This document shows positions 33,302 through 44,758 of a stretch of 64,000 bases of DNA, piece after piece (positions within the stretch are counted from its first letter, which is position 1; every line of letters starts with the position of its first letter). The position numbers and the translations under genes are program-made. The stretch comes from Paraspadella gotoi (taxonomy: Eukaryota; Animalia; Chaetognatha), in NCBI GenBank assembly GCA_051294375.1, contig CM119267.1, positions 25,245,783 to 25,309,782 on the forward strand. The letters are read 5' to 3'. The notes under the pieces were generated by a model, which ran no database searches, was not told the DNA's origin, and saw nothing but the letters and a program-made list of their open reading frames with translations.

Positions 33302-36300
33302 ATGGTTACCATGCCTGTCGCAACGGTGGTTCAGCCGTTGGCGCACGGGAACGATTATAACCAGGCCGTTATTGGTAAGTTGAGACAAAAGTCTTTTTAT
33401 ATTTTATATTGATCGATGAAATGTAAATCTATTGTTCTTCGATCGCAGACGGTCACGCCGTTGACCATAATCTGACGTCTTCGACGCCTGATTTGGACAT
33501 AAGGACTTTGATCCTGACCCTGGGTCAACTTAAAACGAATATTCCGGTTGTGGTTAGAGACCACGACCTTCTTTTCCTCGACCTCTTTCTCAAGTCCATT
33601 GGCCTGCAGCGCCTTTTCAAAATTTGCCAGGGCGTCACCACCACTCTCGAATCGGGGTGGAATGCCGCCTCCGACGACGCCTCCAATATATCTCATCAGC
33701 TCTGCAGGTAATCGTGGCGAAATTAAAGAGCGTGCCGAGTTTTATTTTTTAAATTATCTTTTTTACAAATAATTTTTTTATTTGCACATTGCACAATTAA
33801 TTTCTTTCACCGCTTTATCTTTTCATTTTCAAATAGTAGTTGAAAACGATCATCTTTGCTTTCATTCTCTCTTTTTCTTTTCTGCTGTTTGTCTTTTTTT
33901 CATTTAAAGCTTTCTTGCTGTCACTCCGTCTTTGGGTAACAGTTTGACAGCTAGGGAGCTCGGTCATCTTCTGATCCAACCTCATATGAGAGCTCTTCTG
34001 TCCGCCCATGACCTTGTAGCTACAAAGGTAAAAGCGAACGTAACGGAAATTTAAAAATGAGGGATGCTGGGAATTTAAGGATTTATTGGTGGTCGGGGAT
34101 GTTATGACAGTTTTTGTAACCTCAGGCGGGATTCGAACCCGACTTACCCGAGATGGACGAACTCGACGTAGAAGAGTTGGAGGAAGAAGAAGAGTCGGTG
34201 AAGATCGTTCGGTTGGTGAAAAGGGACGAGCCGCTCGGGGCCACTATCAAAGCCGACAATGGTGAAGACTGAAGAGAAAATGTTCCCGATTGATGGATTG
34301 ATTGATTGATTGATTGCTTCTTTCTCTCACATAACCAGGAGGCGAAATTATTACGGTGGCCCGAGTGATGAGCGGCGGCGCGGCGGACAGGAGCGGATTG
34401 ATTCACGTGGGAGACGAAATTCACGAGGTCATTTTTTGACAAAAGTAGTAAATATCAATTCTCCGTTTAACTTTTACACATTTTTATCCGCCATATAGGT
34501 GAACGGAATTACGATATCCGGTCGATCACCGGACGAAGTCGTGCAGATCTTGTCCTCTCTCGACGGGACCATCACATTCAAACTCGTCCCCGCCTATCAA
34601 GAAGTTTCGGACAACAGAGAAAGCGCCGTCAGAATGAAGGTCTCGATTCTGTTTTTCGATTCATATATTTTGCACGATGACTTTTAGACAAAAATTGAAT
34701 AAAAATACATGTTTATTAAACCTATATTTTTTTAATCGCAGACGTACTTCAGTTACAACCCTTTGGAAGACAAGGTGATTCCGTGCAAAGAAGCCGGATT
34801 AGCTTTTCAAAAGGGCGATATTTTGCACATTGTCGACATGGAAGATCGAAATTGGTGGCAGGCGCGAAGAGAAGGAGATCCTAACAATCGAGCAGGTGTC
34901 CGCCAAATCCTCAGGAAACGATAACCATTATGGAATACTATTTAACTTATGGTAATATTTTAATATTATTTAACTTATGGTAATATTTTTTATTGAATCC
35001 CTAGGCCTGATTCCCTCTCGGTTGCTCCAAGAGCGGCGGGTCGTCCTCAAGCACAACGGACTCAAAAGCGGCGCCGAACTCGTTCCTCAGGATCTTAAAA
35101 ATCTGCAGAATGGCACCAACGTCAACGGAAACAACAACGCCACCGGTGAGATGAAGGAATCCGTAGCTCGGTCTTATTCTTTTTCGTCGTTGGAATCGGC
35201 AATGAACTCATTTCCGCCCAGGCAAAAACGACAAATCGAAGAAGAGCAAGAAGATGTTGAAGGTGATGTATCACGTGGACAACAGCGAAGACTTCGACAA
35301 AGACGAAGTTATGACCTACGAGGAAGTGGCGATATTTTCGCCGCGCACCGGCCCGCCTCGACCCATTGTCCTCGTCGGACCCCCTGGCGTCGGACGCAAC
35401 GAGATCAAGCGCTGCCTCCTCGCCTCTCGCCCCGACAAATTTCGCACCACGGTGCCCTTCACCACGAGGCCACCTCGACCTCACGAGCAGGACGGCGAGG
35501 AGTACCGCTTCGTCGACCGGACCGTCATGGAAGAGGACATCAGAGCGCACAGGTGAGAGAGAGAGAGAGAAAGAGAAACGAGGCTTGTATGGCAACAGCC
35601 GGGTTGCCTGTGATGCCCATTGGGATGGGGCATCTCACTGTTGGCTTTGGGGGCTTCCGACCCTCAGTGACGCATCCAGTCACTGGCGCGGTTACCCTAG
35701 GACGGTCTCGCTTTGCCAACGCAGAGGGAAGTCATTAGGACTGTGGATGGAACACTACGCCTGGGATGGTGTGTTCCCCCTCTGAGCCAATGGATTTGGC
35801 TGAACGATGGTGGACGTGAGGCGGTGTGAATATACCGCCACACTTGAATAGTTTGTTGGAATTGCCTTCCATTCTTCAGATTCATAGAACACGGCGAATA
35901 TCGCGGCAATCTCTACGGAACAAGTCTGGAGAGCGTCCGCGACCTCGTCGCCGCCAACCGAGTCCCCATCATCAATCCTCACCCGATGGCGCTGAAGAGG
36001 CTCAAGGCTTCGGACACAAAGCCCTTCGTCATCCTCGTCAAGCCGCCCCCCTTTGACCGCCTGAAGGCGACCAGGACCGCCGGCAACGCCAAGTCCACCG
36101 CCTACGAAACCTGCTCTAGAGCCTTTACCGATCAAGTGAATCTTCCATCGATTGTTTCTTTTTGCCTTTTCGTCATTGCGTGAAGCTGACGGGTCTAATT
36201 TGTTTGCAATTCAGGAATTGCAAAGCATGATTCTCGCCTCCATCAAGCTAGAAGCCAAATATGGTCATTTCATCGACGCCTCCATTATCAACGAAGATTT

Positions 36301-36949
36301 GAAGACCAGCGTCACGCAAGTTGCCGCAATTTCTAAGGTCTGTGAAAGAGAGATTTATATATATATAATATATATTAATTCATTTGACCATCATATACTT
36401 AATCAATATTTACTATCACTTTTTTAACTAGTGAAGCATAGTATAACATTAAAGCATTAAAGCATTAAAACATTAAATTATATTTATCAAGGCATAGACA
36501 ATAAAAAAAAATTTTGTAAAAAATTTATTTTTTAAAAACGGATTCAGATAGCCCATAAAAAGTTGTCTACACAAAGTATAATGCGTTTTTCAATATTTCA
36601 ATGATAAGTGGGTCAAATAATGGAAAAACTCTTTAAAATCATCATCATCATCGTCGTACCATAATTTTTATAGTTTTTGCTAATTTTAAGCAATGAAACA
36701 AAAAAATTTAAAAATATTGTAGTGATATTTCTTATTTATTTTTTTAATCTCTAACCGAATCCGTTTTAAAAATTCTGATTTTGAAAAAAAAAGATTTCAT
36801 GATTTATAGTAATACGATAAACTTTAAATGCTTTTATGTTATTAACTATATATAAAATATTAATTTTTTTTAAAATTTCGTTATCCTACAGGAATGTTCT
36901 AATGTTATTTATATTACAGAACTCTTAGTTTTTACTTTGTTCCACCTTA

Positions 36950-36980
<31 letters not shown>

Positions 36981-37071
36981 CTGCGTTTCATTTGTGATGA
37001 CAACTAAGATTTCGACTTTCCAGGCACTGGAGACGAATCCTCAGTGGGTCCCGGTCAAGTGGCTGGGATGA
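33302..37071 (+). CDS. MPP7: MAGUK p55-subfamily protein (L27-L27-PDZ-SH3-HOOK-GuK), MPP7/MPP3-like, multi-exon
   Basis: L27 ([18 protein letters not shown]), PDZ ([18 protein letters not shown]; [16 protein letters not shown]), SH3 ([19 protein letters not shown]...WWQA), GuK (TYEEV...[14 protein letters not shown]...[15 protein letters not shown]), ending [13 protein letters not shown]. Confidence 0.9.
35640..35720 (-). ncRNA. Type-P5 twister ribozyme-like RNA inside a ~260-bp structured insert (35585-35845) in an MPP7 intron
   Basis: Minus strand: GTTGGC-aaa-GCGA-GA-CCGT-cctaggg-T^AA-CCGC-GC-CAGTGAC..GTCACTG-AGGG-TCGG-AA-GC-CCCC-aaa-GCCAAC, the twister core order. One mismatch each in P2 and T1. 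Confidence 0.7.
36435..36850. mobile_element. Degenerate foldback/MITE in the last MPP7 intron
   Basis: Nested inverted repeats (TAACATTAAAGCATTAAA / TTTAAATGCTTTTATGTTA; TTTAAAAACGGATTC / GAATCCGTTTTAAA). Internal CATAAAAAGTTG and TAAGTGGGTCAAA are shared with the MITE at 57230. Confidence 0.55.
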
Positions 37072-40000
37072 CATGAGGCAACCGTTGACTCGTCCACCGC
37101 GTCCTCGTCAAGGCAAACGGACGCGGTCGTCAATCTCGTTCCACCTTCAAAGTCGCGGACGAGTCAATCGGGAAAGAGCAACTCTACGTCGTCCTCCGCG
37201 GGCGCCGGCGCCAAGGCCAAAGCCCACCAGACAGGGAACTCTCATCCCCACGCCAACGCCTCTCTCACGACGTCCTTCATCGCTACGCCCCTTCCGGACG
37301 GGGCGCCCGCGGTTAGTGTCTCAGTTGTTGACTTTTTTTTTTTACCAAGGAGTTCTGTCTCAACTGCGTTTCTCTTTCATGTTTAGCGGGCAATCGGCGT
37401 CAACAGAAAAGATCCTTCGACCTCATTGCCAGGTTTGTTTCTTAATTTCTCTCCTTTACTTCTAAACAAATGAATTTCCCTTCAATCCTCTTCCTTCTTC
37501 TCCTTTTCCAGGCAACAACACCACCATTGCCCCAACCCCGAATCACGTTCACTTTTCTTCCCCGAATCAACTGGGATCGAAACTCTCCTCTTCCGGCGTC
37601 GTCGTCGGCGCGCGCCCTCCCTCTGCCGGTTTCCCGACTTCCTCTCAGACTGCGCCCGCCATTCCTCCTCGTATTCCTCCGCCGCCTCCCGCCAAACAGA
37701 TCTTCGATCCTTCATCCGCCAATCCACTCGTCGATGCCGTTTTCCAACCGATTCCTTCCTCTCTGCGTCCGCCGTATCTCGAGGACGGTTCCTCGTTCGG
37801 CGTTCCCCTTTCCGCTCCTCTCCTCGCGCCCTCTTTCGGCGCCGAGTCGTCCCACGCGCAAATTCCTACCGGGAACTCTTACGCCATCTCTGCCGCATCC
37901 GTCGCCGCCGCCGTTCCCGCCGGCTCCGCCGCCCTGGTTCTCTCCCCGCTCGGCTTCTCCGCTGGATCCGTCGTCACTCAGGTATGTGGGTGAAATCCGT
38001 CTGCGGATTTTATTTATTTTAATTATTAGTTTACAAATAAAACCATTACAGTCATGCGCGCCAAAATAAGCGCGCCACTTTATATCAGCCTTTAAAAATC
38101 ACCCTGTATATTTGAATTTTATAAATTAAAAAAATAGGGTCATTCAATTCAACTTCATTCTACCCCATTTTATAAACTGGAAAGCGTTTATCAAAATGTC
38201 TCTCTATTACATTTTTACAAATGTTTTTAAGATTGCTAATCAAATTTTTAATTCAATATTATTGCAGTCGTTTAGGCTGCAACTCTTCAAATTCAGTGTA
38301 GATTCATTGTAGCTCGAATTTCTTTACCATCTATTTAACTGAAGATTTTGTTCATGACTGGAAAACCAACAGAGTAACAAGATTAATTGTTTAATTCTCC
38401 CCTTCTAAACTAACCCATACCGTGTTTTAACTTCATACCTAAAATTTAAAAAAAAAACGAAAAACAAATCTTTAAAAAATGTGCTTACCCATTTAACTTA
38501 ACAATTTTGTTATTTACCCATTTAAAAAAAAAGATTAAAAACATAATGTTGAAATATAAATAAAAACTTATTTTTTTTGTGATTACTGATGATTATAATG
38601 TATTTCTCGATATAATAGCTCTAATACATCAATGATTACGTATTGTTATGCTGAATGACCTTTCCTCTTAAAAGATGAAGAGTTTGGCATAAATTTTATC
38701 AAAATTGGGCTATCCATTTGGGAGCAGTGATTTTTTAACAAAGAAAAATACTCCACAGCAAAACTAAACGTAAAGAAATTGGATTCATTTATTAGATTAA
38801 TCTTTTTTCTTTCTTCTTTCTTTGTAATAGTAGGGACGTCTGGCGTTAAGCGAATAAAAAAGTTGTTATTTTACTCACTGAATAAAAATACTTAAAATAC
38901 TTACAAAATACATAAAATTAATAAAATTATTATTGCGATAACATTGTTCAATCACATGCAATACATCTAGTGCCTTTTTTTTTCATTGAAATCGATAGAT
39001 ATTAACTAAAAATATTAGAATTAATTTTTCTTTTTGATATAATAAGAAAACCAAACTTCCGTCACTTGATGTCGTCAGGTTACTAGTAAATATGCATTTG
39101 AGGATTCCAAATCTGTTTTTAAAATTGACCTACGTAGACGCGCATAGACACGATATGCCTTGAAAGCAAGTTGTTCCGTAACTGTTAAAAAAAAAGTAAA
39201 AAATCATGTAGGAACCTTAAAAAACATATGATTTAAATATGATAATTTAGGAGTTCAAACTTTGTTCCCCCTGATTTAAAAACTATTGACATAGGGCTAA
39301 TAGACTGTATTATCAGATTTTTAAGTTGTGGTCATCTTCAGGTGAAAATTAAAACCATTGCATAAAGTCCATTAGCTATATTAATATAAAAAAATTATTA
39401 AAAAACAACTACAATCTTTCAATAACACGCTAATGCATGTAGCTGTATGGTTAAATTATTGTTTTCAAGCGATTGCGACGATATTGTAACGCTTTTTTGC
39501 ATAAGTGGCGTAGTTGTCGTCGTCGTCGGCGTTTCAAATATAGATCGCCTTTTTTATGATTAAATTTGGGTGTATGAAGCTGAAAATTTATATACAGCTT
39601 CTCATCGATGTGCTTAAAATTGGGTCTGGACAGTTATTAAATATGTTTTGTTTACATTTTATCAAAACAAACAAATTTTCTCTCTTTTATTTTTATATTT
39701 CTTTCTCTCTCTCTTTTCTCTTTTAATTACATGTCTCTCTCCCTCTCTCTTTTCCCTAGTCACTGATTCATAATCATAGGGGGAAAAAACGAGTCTGCAG
39801 CTGGGTCTGCAGGGGCTTATTCTTTTTCTCTATTTTCTCCTGCTGCTTCTGCTGCTGCCTTTTGATTTCTTTCTCTGCAGCTGGCTCTGCAGGGGCTTAT
39901 TCTTTTTCTCTCTTTACTCCTGCTGCTTCTGCTGCTGACTTTTAAAAAATTTTTGTAACAATCTATTTCCATTTTTTGTTAAAGTTTTCGATCTTATAAT

Positions 40001-43000
40001 TCATTATAATTTTTAGGATGAGAAAATACTTTTTTTGAAAATGTATATTAAATTGATACAACCAATATAAAAATTATCCATTCATTTAATAATTAAGCTA
40101 TCTTGCCCATGGCTTTGGACAGGCTTTGGTGGTTTTACAAGATAATAGCAGGTCTCTGCAAGCTTTTAATGAAGACTCTCTCACAGTCTCGTTTATACGC
40201 TATTGTAATGGCAAAAAATAATCATAATTATTAGCATTTTACCATAATTCTTTAGCCACACTACTTATAAGTAAGAAAATACTAAGTGAAAAAGAATCAA
40301 ATTATAATGAAAACAATATTTTTAAACAATTTTAAATGTCAAATAACAAAAGTAAACCGGAAGCGCAGAGACGACCGCCGCCAGGAAGATCTGGCAAAAC
40401 GCTGCGTCATTAGGAGTGCCGAAGAGAAAACCGCGCGGCGGCACCAAATCCAAACAAAGAGCGAGCCAGTGACGCCGTGCCTTTACTGGACAGTGAACGA
40501 ATGAGAGGTGGCCTGAATCCCAGCGAAGAGAGAGAATCTCTGAGGGCGATGGGCCGAGAAAAAGCGAGCGTTGGACCAAGGATCTCGGCGAGACCGGGAG
40601 TTTTGACGAGTCGATGACGCGCAGTGATGAGGCTGCAAACCAAGGAGAAAACGACCAACGTGATCCAAATCATTATTTTTTCTTAAAATATCTTTTCCAA
40701 AAAAATTTGTAATATTTTTTTTTTTGATATCCAGTTCACTAATTATAATTTAATCAATCAATTTGTCAATCAATATTTCATTTGAAGAGGTTCTTTCCTA
40801 CTTCTGCACTATCATTCAAAATGTTTGTTTTAAACGGAATACATTGTATTATCTCGAGAGGAAAAACGAGAGAAACCGATATAAAAACGCGTTTCCTTAT
40901 ATGGAGGAACGCTCGCACGATCGGACCTTACCGAGAGCACCTTGAGATACTTAATGAATGACTTTCATTAAACGATAAAAGTGGACTCTTTACAACGTGA
41001 ACCTTTATAACGATAGAGAAATGGGCATCAAATGAAAACTACGGATGCACTGTACATTGTAAAACACTAAACAAATGTAGCTAAAATAACGGTAACGAGA
41101 TAAAGGTAAAAGAAGACGCTCGAGTTACGATTGTGAAATCGAACGAACTGAGAGCGTTTGTTTTTTCTCTTCTCGAAGGTTTATTTGTCGATTCTGTGGC
41201 TTCACATTTAACATATTTAAAATACAAACCTGAAAAGTTATTCAAATAAAACAATGAATTTGTTGAAGTTGAAACTCCAGTAGTAGGACTAAACTCTGAC
41301 AAAAAAAGCCAAAGGTTTTTTTAATATATTCTTATACCGGCCAATGTAGAATGAGGGCAATATTGCTTTTGTTAAGTTTCAAAAAAATCCGACCATAAAT
41401 ATAGAAAATATTAACCAAAATCTTCGGAAAATCCACCCCTTCTTTGGAACATTTTTGCCATTGAAGATTTTTCCCGAATCTGACTCCCGGTTGATAACTC
41501 TTAGAATTCCGATCGTTAGCTCCTCTTTTACTTTTACTTTAAATAAAAAGTTCACCAAAATGGACTAATTCACTTTACCATGATCGTTTCATATAAAAAA
41601 AACTAAATAAAATATAAAGGAAAATTTTGAGAGCCCTTCAGACACTTTACCAGAGGATTCCAGACTTTGACGTCATTTGTGAAACTGGAGCATATCTCAA
41701 TCACGTTTATATTGTCTTGAAGTGAAAAAATCCCTTTCATTTCTATATAAAATAAAAGATAAAAAAATTTTTCGTAAAGAAGCAGTCAATTTGTTCTGGC
41801 TTGTTTGATATCAAGATGTTGATGATTTGACAAGAGGAAAAAAATGCAAGCCCTTCAGATGCAACAGGATCGGAATCAAGTGTTTTTACATCAATTTTTT
41901 AGCCCAATTTTTCCCAGGAGCGTTTATATTGTTTGGTAGTCAGATTTTAACGAAAATCTCCATTGAAAAAATCTTCCTCGATCTCTAAGAACGACGTTAG
42001 CTCCTACCAGTAGTTATTTTTACAAAATTTGGAAATCTGTTCTTTGACGGATTCGTTGATTCAGGACCAAAAAGGAAAAAAAGAACACGAAAAAACGATT
42101 TCGGACTCGGTAAGATCTTTTCGATTCGATAAATAGAACCAAATTTCCGAAACTCGATCCCAAACCTTTTTTCATAATATTTTTATATTTTTGGATAGAG
42201 AATGACTGGAATAATGTAAATCTTAAGTTACATCTAAATTGGCCCATGGGTTTAGAAGAAATCGACCAAAAAACAACCAAAATTCCTCTCCCTTTTTTCA
42301 ACATTCTAGCCTTTTAAGATTTTCGTCGATTCTGACTTCCTCTTACAAACTTATAATTCTGCTAGTTAATTTTTTTTTCCTTTAATGAGCGAAAGGAATC
42401 CACAACTTTCTAATCTTTTATAATGTCTAGGTAAAAAAATATAATACATTACATTAACATTGGAATATTGTGAAAGTGTAATGTCTTGTGAAGCCTGTGA
42501 AAGTTGAGTAATTAAAAAATTGCCTATTTTATTATTAAAAACTGACATTAAAGTGAAGAAGTTGAACACTCTTTGGGCTCCTTTCAGTAAACGTCCCTGT
42601 TCTCTAAAATAAGATAATGTTTACTTTTTGCTGGTGGAAAAGAAAGATAAATACTTAGACTGTGATGGGGTGAATAATATTTTGTAGAATTTTGTAAGCA
42701 TGCTTGTAAAATCAGACAAGCAATTATTTAAGTGACAAACAATTTAATTTTCTTTATCCAAAAAACTTTTAAGTTTTACTAGAGTACAATTTAGCTTTTT
42801 TTTCTTTAGAATCATTAAAAAGAATTTAATTTTTATTTATTCTTATGGGGTGTCATTAGTTTTAAAATTCTTATAATATTGACTTAGTTTGACACTCACC
42901 CTGTAAAGAGATTTCAGCAAAAATAATTCTAAAATTGTATCTTGAATGTGCCCTATGATTATGGCTTCATTTTGGTACTATTGCCAACCATTTATCTTTG

Positions 43001-44758
43001 TTCCTTCAAAAGATATTAGGAAAAATAAGTTTTTTCTCTTAACCTTCCTTTTGATTTCTTTTTAAATAAAAATTTCGCGATGAAAACTGGACCAATTCAC
43101 TTTACCATGTTGGTTTAATATGAAAAAATTGGTCAATAATAAAAAGAAAAATAGAACGAGCTCTAGGGACACAAGGCTTTTGGAATCTCATAATTCGAAG
43201 TACCATTTATAATTTTTAAGCAAGATTTTCGCCTACGATAAACGATCTTTTAAAAACGTACGAGATTTTGTTCGAGAGGGATAGCTGGACAACTGGATTG
43301 ACCCAGATCCTTAATAATAATTTCCAAGTTATTAAAAAATAAGATGAATGATTGTAAAGCTTTTCCTTCTTGATTTGGAACACTCGAGTTTAAAAAATCA
43401 TCTTTTAAAGCACTTGACCGATTGTGATCAAACTAATACACATGGTTTCATTTGGTTTTTAATTTTATTTTTTTATATAATTCATAAAAATATTTTTATG
43501 GAGCGTCTGGAATTTAAAGTTATAAAGTGGCGCGTTTTTTAAATTGTTAGCTATTGATTGAGTTCGTCAGTCAACTTGGTTCTTACAGTCGTTCTGTCGG
43601 ATCGACAATTGTTTAAACGTACGTATAGCGTACATATACGTACGTCGTACATTTATTTTAATTTAATTTTAATTAAAAATTTGCAACACCAGTACAACTT
43701 GACTTAAACTACTCTTGTTTCTTTCCCTCGTCCTATTTTTTTTCATCCTTTTCTCTCGTTTTTAAGTCATTACGGGACACTTGATTGGTCATCCACAAGT
43801 CCTTAAAACTGCTATTCATTTTTAAACTTCTTGTATTTATTTTTCTGTTCTCGTGTAGGCCCCTTCCCTTCCATTTTCGCCGTCCATCGTCCGTCTGAGC
43901 CCTTGATCATAAATTCTGCCGGCTCAGTTTTTTCGCCTGTTTCAACTTCAGTGGAACAGATGGCTCTGGAGGCGGCCGATTTGGCTCAGGTAAACTCTAA
44001 CAAAGTTCCTAGATTTTGTTTTGAATTAGCTTGATTTTCTCCTATCTCCTCTGAAATATATAATAATATATAATATTAATAAACAATAAATACTTAGCAA
44101 GCCTCGGAATTGACGGCAATCATGGAATCGCTCGATGGTGCTTTTCCCTGCAATACTAATATCGGGATTCCCATTGCCTCCTCAAACAACGTGGAACTTC
44201 GATTGAGGACACACATAACTTCTCCCTTGACGTTGGGGATGGAGGCCTCCTTAGTTCCCCCCCTCCTCGACGATTCCCCCGTCGTCATTCTCAACGATAC
44301 GGTTCGTTATAATTGTGTCATTCAAATTCCTAGAAAAGTTGTTATAACATTTTGTATTTGGTCGCAGTCTAGCTCACGGGATATTACTTCGACGGAAAGT
44401 GCGATGACTGAAAGCACATTAATGGATGTGCCAACCGGAGACCATCTCAGGTAAAAAAAATTCATACAACTGTGGTAGTGAATTCGAGGAAGAGCAAAAA
44501 TGAATTGTCAATGAATTCGATCGAAAGAATTTATTTTTGCTCTTATATGATCCAATTCATTGCCCCAATTCATTCACTATCGCAAAATCGCCAAAACTTG
44601 ATTTTCTCAGTATTCTTCATCCGATGACCAACGAAGGAATTCAAGCTCCCTCCGATTCTCAGTTCGGAATTTATTCGCCCATCCAAGCAGAAATTGAGAT
44701 TTTAATGAAGCAACCCTTACCGATCCCTATTTCGGAAACTTCAGGGAGCTTGTGTTGA
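37072..44758 (+). CDS. Putative in-frame readthrough extension of MPP7; exons 37072-37311, 37387-37432, 37512-37981 or 43859-43989, 44098-44301, 44368-44450, 44611-44758
   Basis: The frame stays open after TGA with host-like C-ending codons; GT-AG introns are phase-compatible; product is Ser/Pro/Ala-rich. Linkage to the distal exons (43859-44758) is inferred from phase only. Confidence 0.6.
39469..39943 (+). mobile_element. Helentron-like element, copy 3, truncated
   Basis: Near-identical to ~19119-19530 of copy 2; internal duplication of the CTGCAG...GCTGCT unit; lacks the 3' end. Confidence 0.8.
40410..40673 (-). CDS. Possible small secreted basic peptide (87 aa), orphan
   Basis: GC-rich island in AT-rich DNA; ATG ORF with signal-peptide-like N-terminus MIWITLVVFSLVCSLITA and host-like codons. 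No family recognised. Confidence 0.3.
   Translation of the reverse strand: MIWITLVVFSLVCSLITARHRLVKTPGLAEILGPTLAFSRPIALRDSLSSLGFRPPLIRSLSSKGTASLARSLFGFGAAARFSLRHS

Noticed and set aside
35585-35845. Considered as RNase P/MRP, 7SK, telomerase or H/ACA RNA on the + strand
   Set aside because: Diagnostic conserved regions are missing; the minus strand fits the twister consensus and matches the 56.4-kb element.
37073-38069. ATG-initiated Arg/Pro-rich ORFs (37073-37465, 37470-38069) as a separate gene
   Set aside because: They are the +1 shadow frame of C-ending codons; codon usage favours the frame continuous with MPP7. Not fully excluded.
39325-39345. CACCTGAAGATGACC on the minus strand, a hammerhead-like start
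   Set aside because: No stem II closure or GAAA follows.
38047-43535. TA-CAGT start and a 14-bp inverted match (CGCGCCACTTTATA / TATAAAGTGGCGCG) ~5.4 kb apart, suggesting a large DNA transposon
   Set aside because: The right terminus is incomplete and there is no transposase ORF; probably independent MITE fragments.
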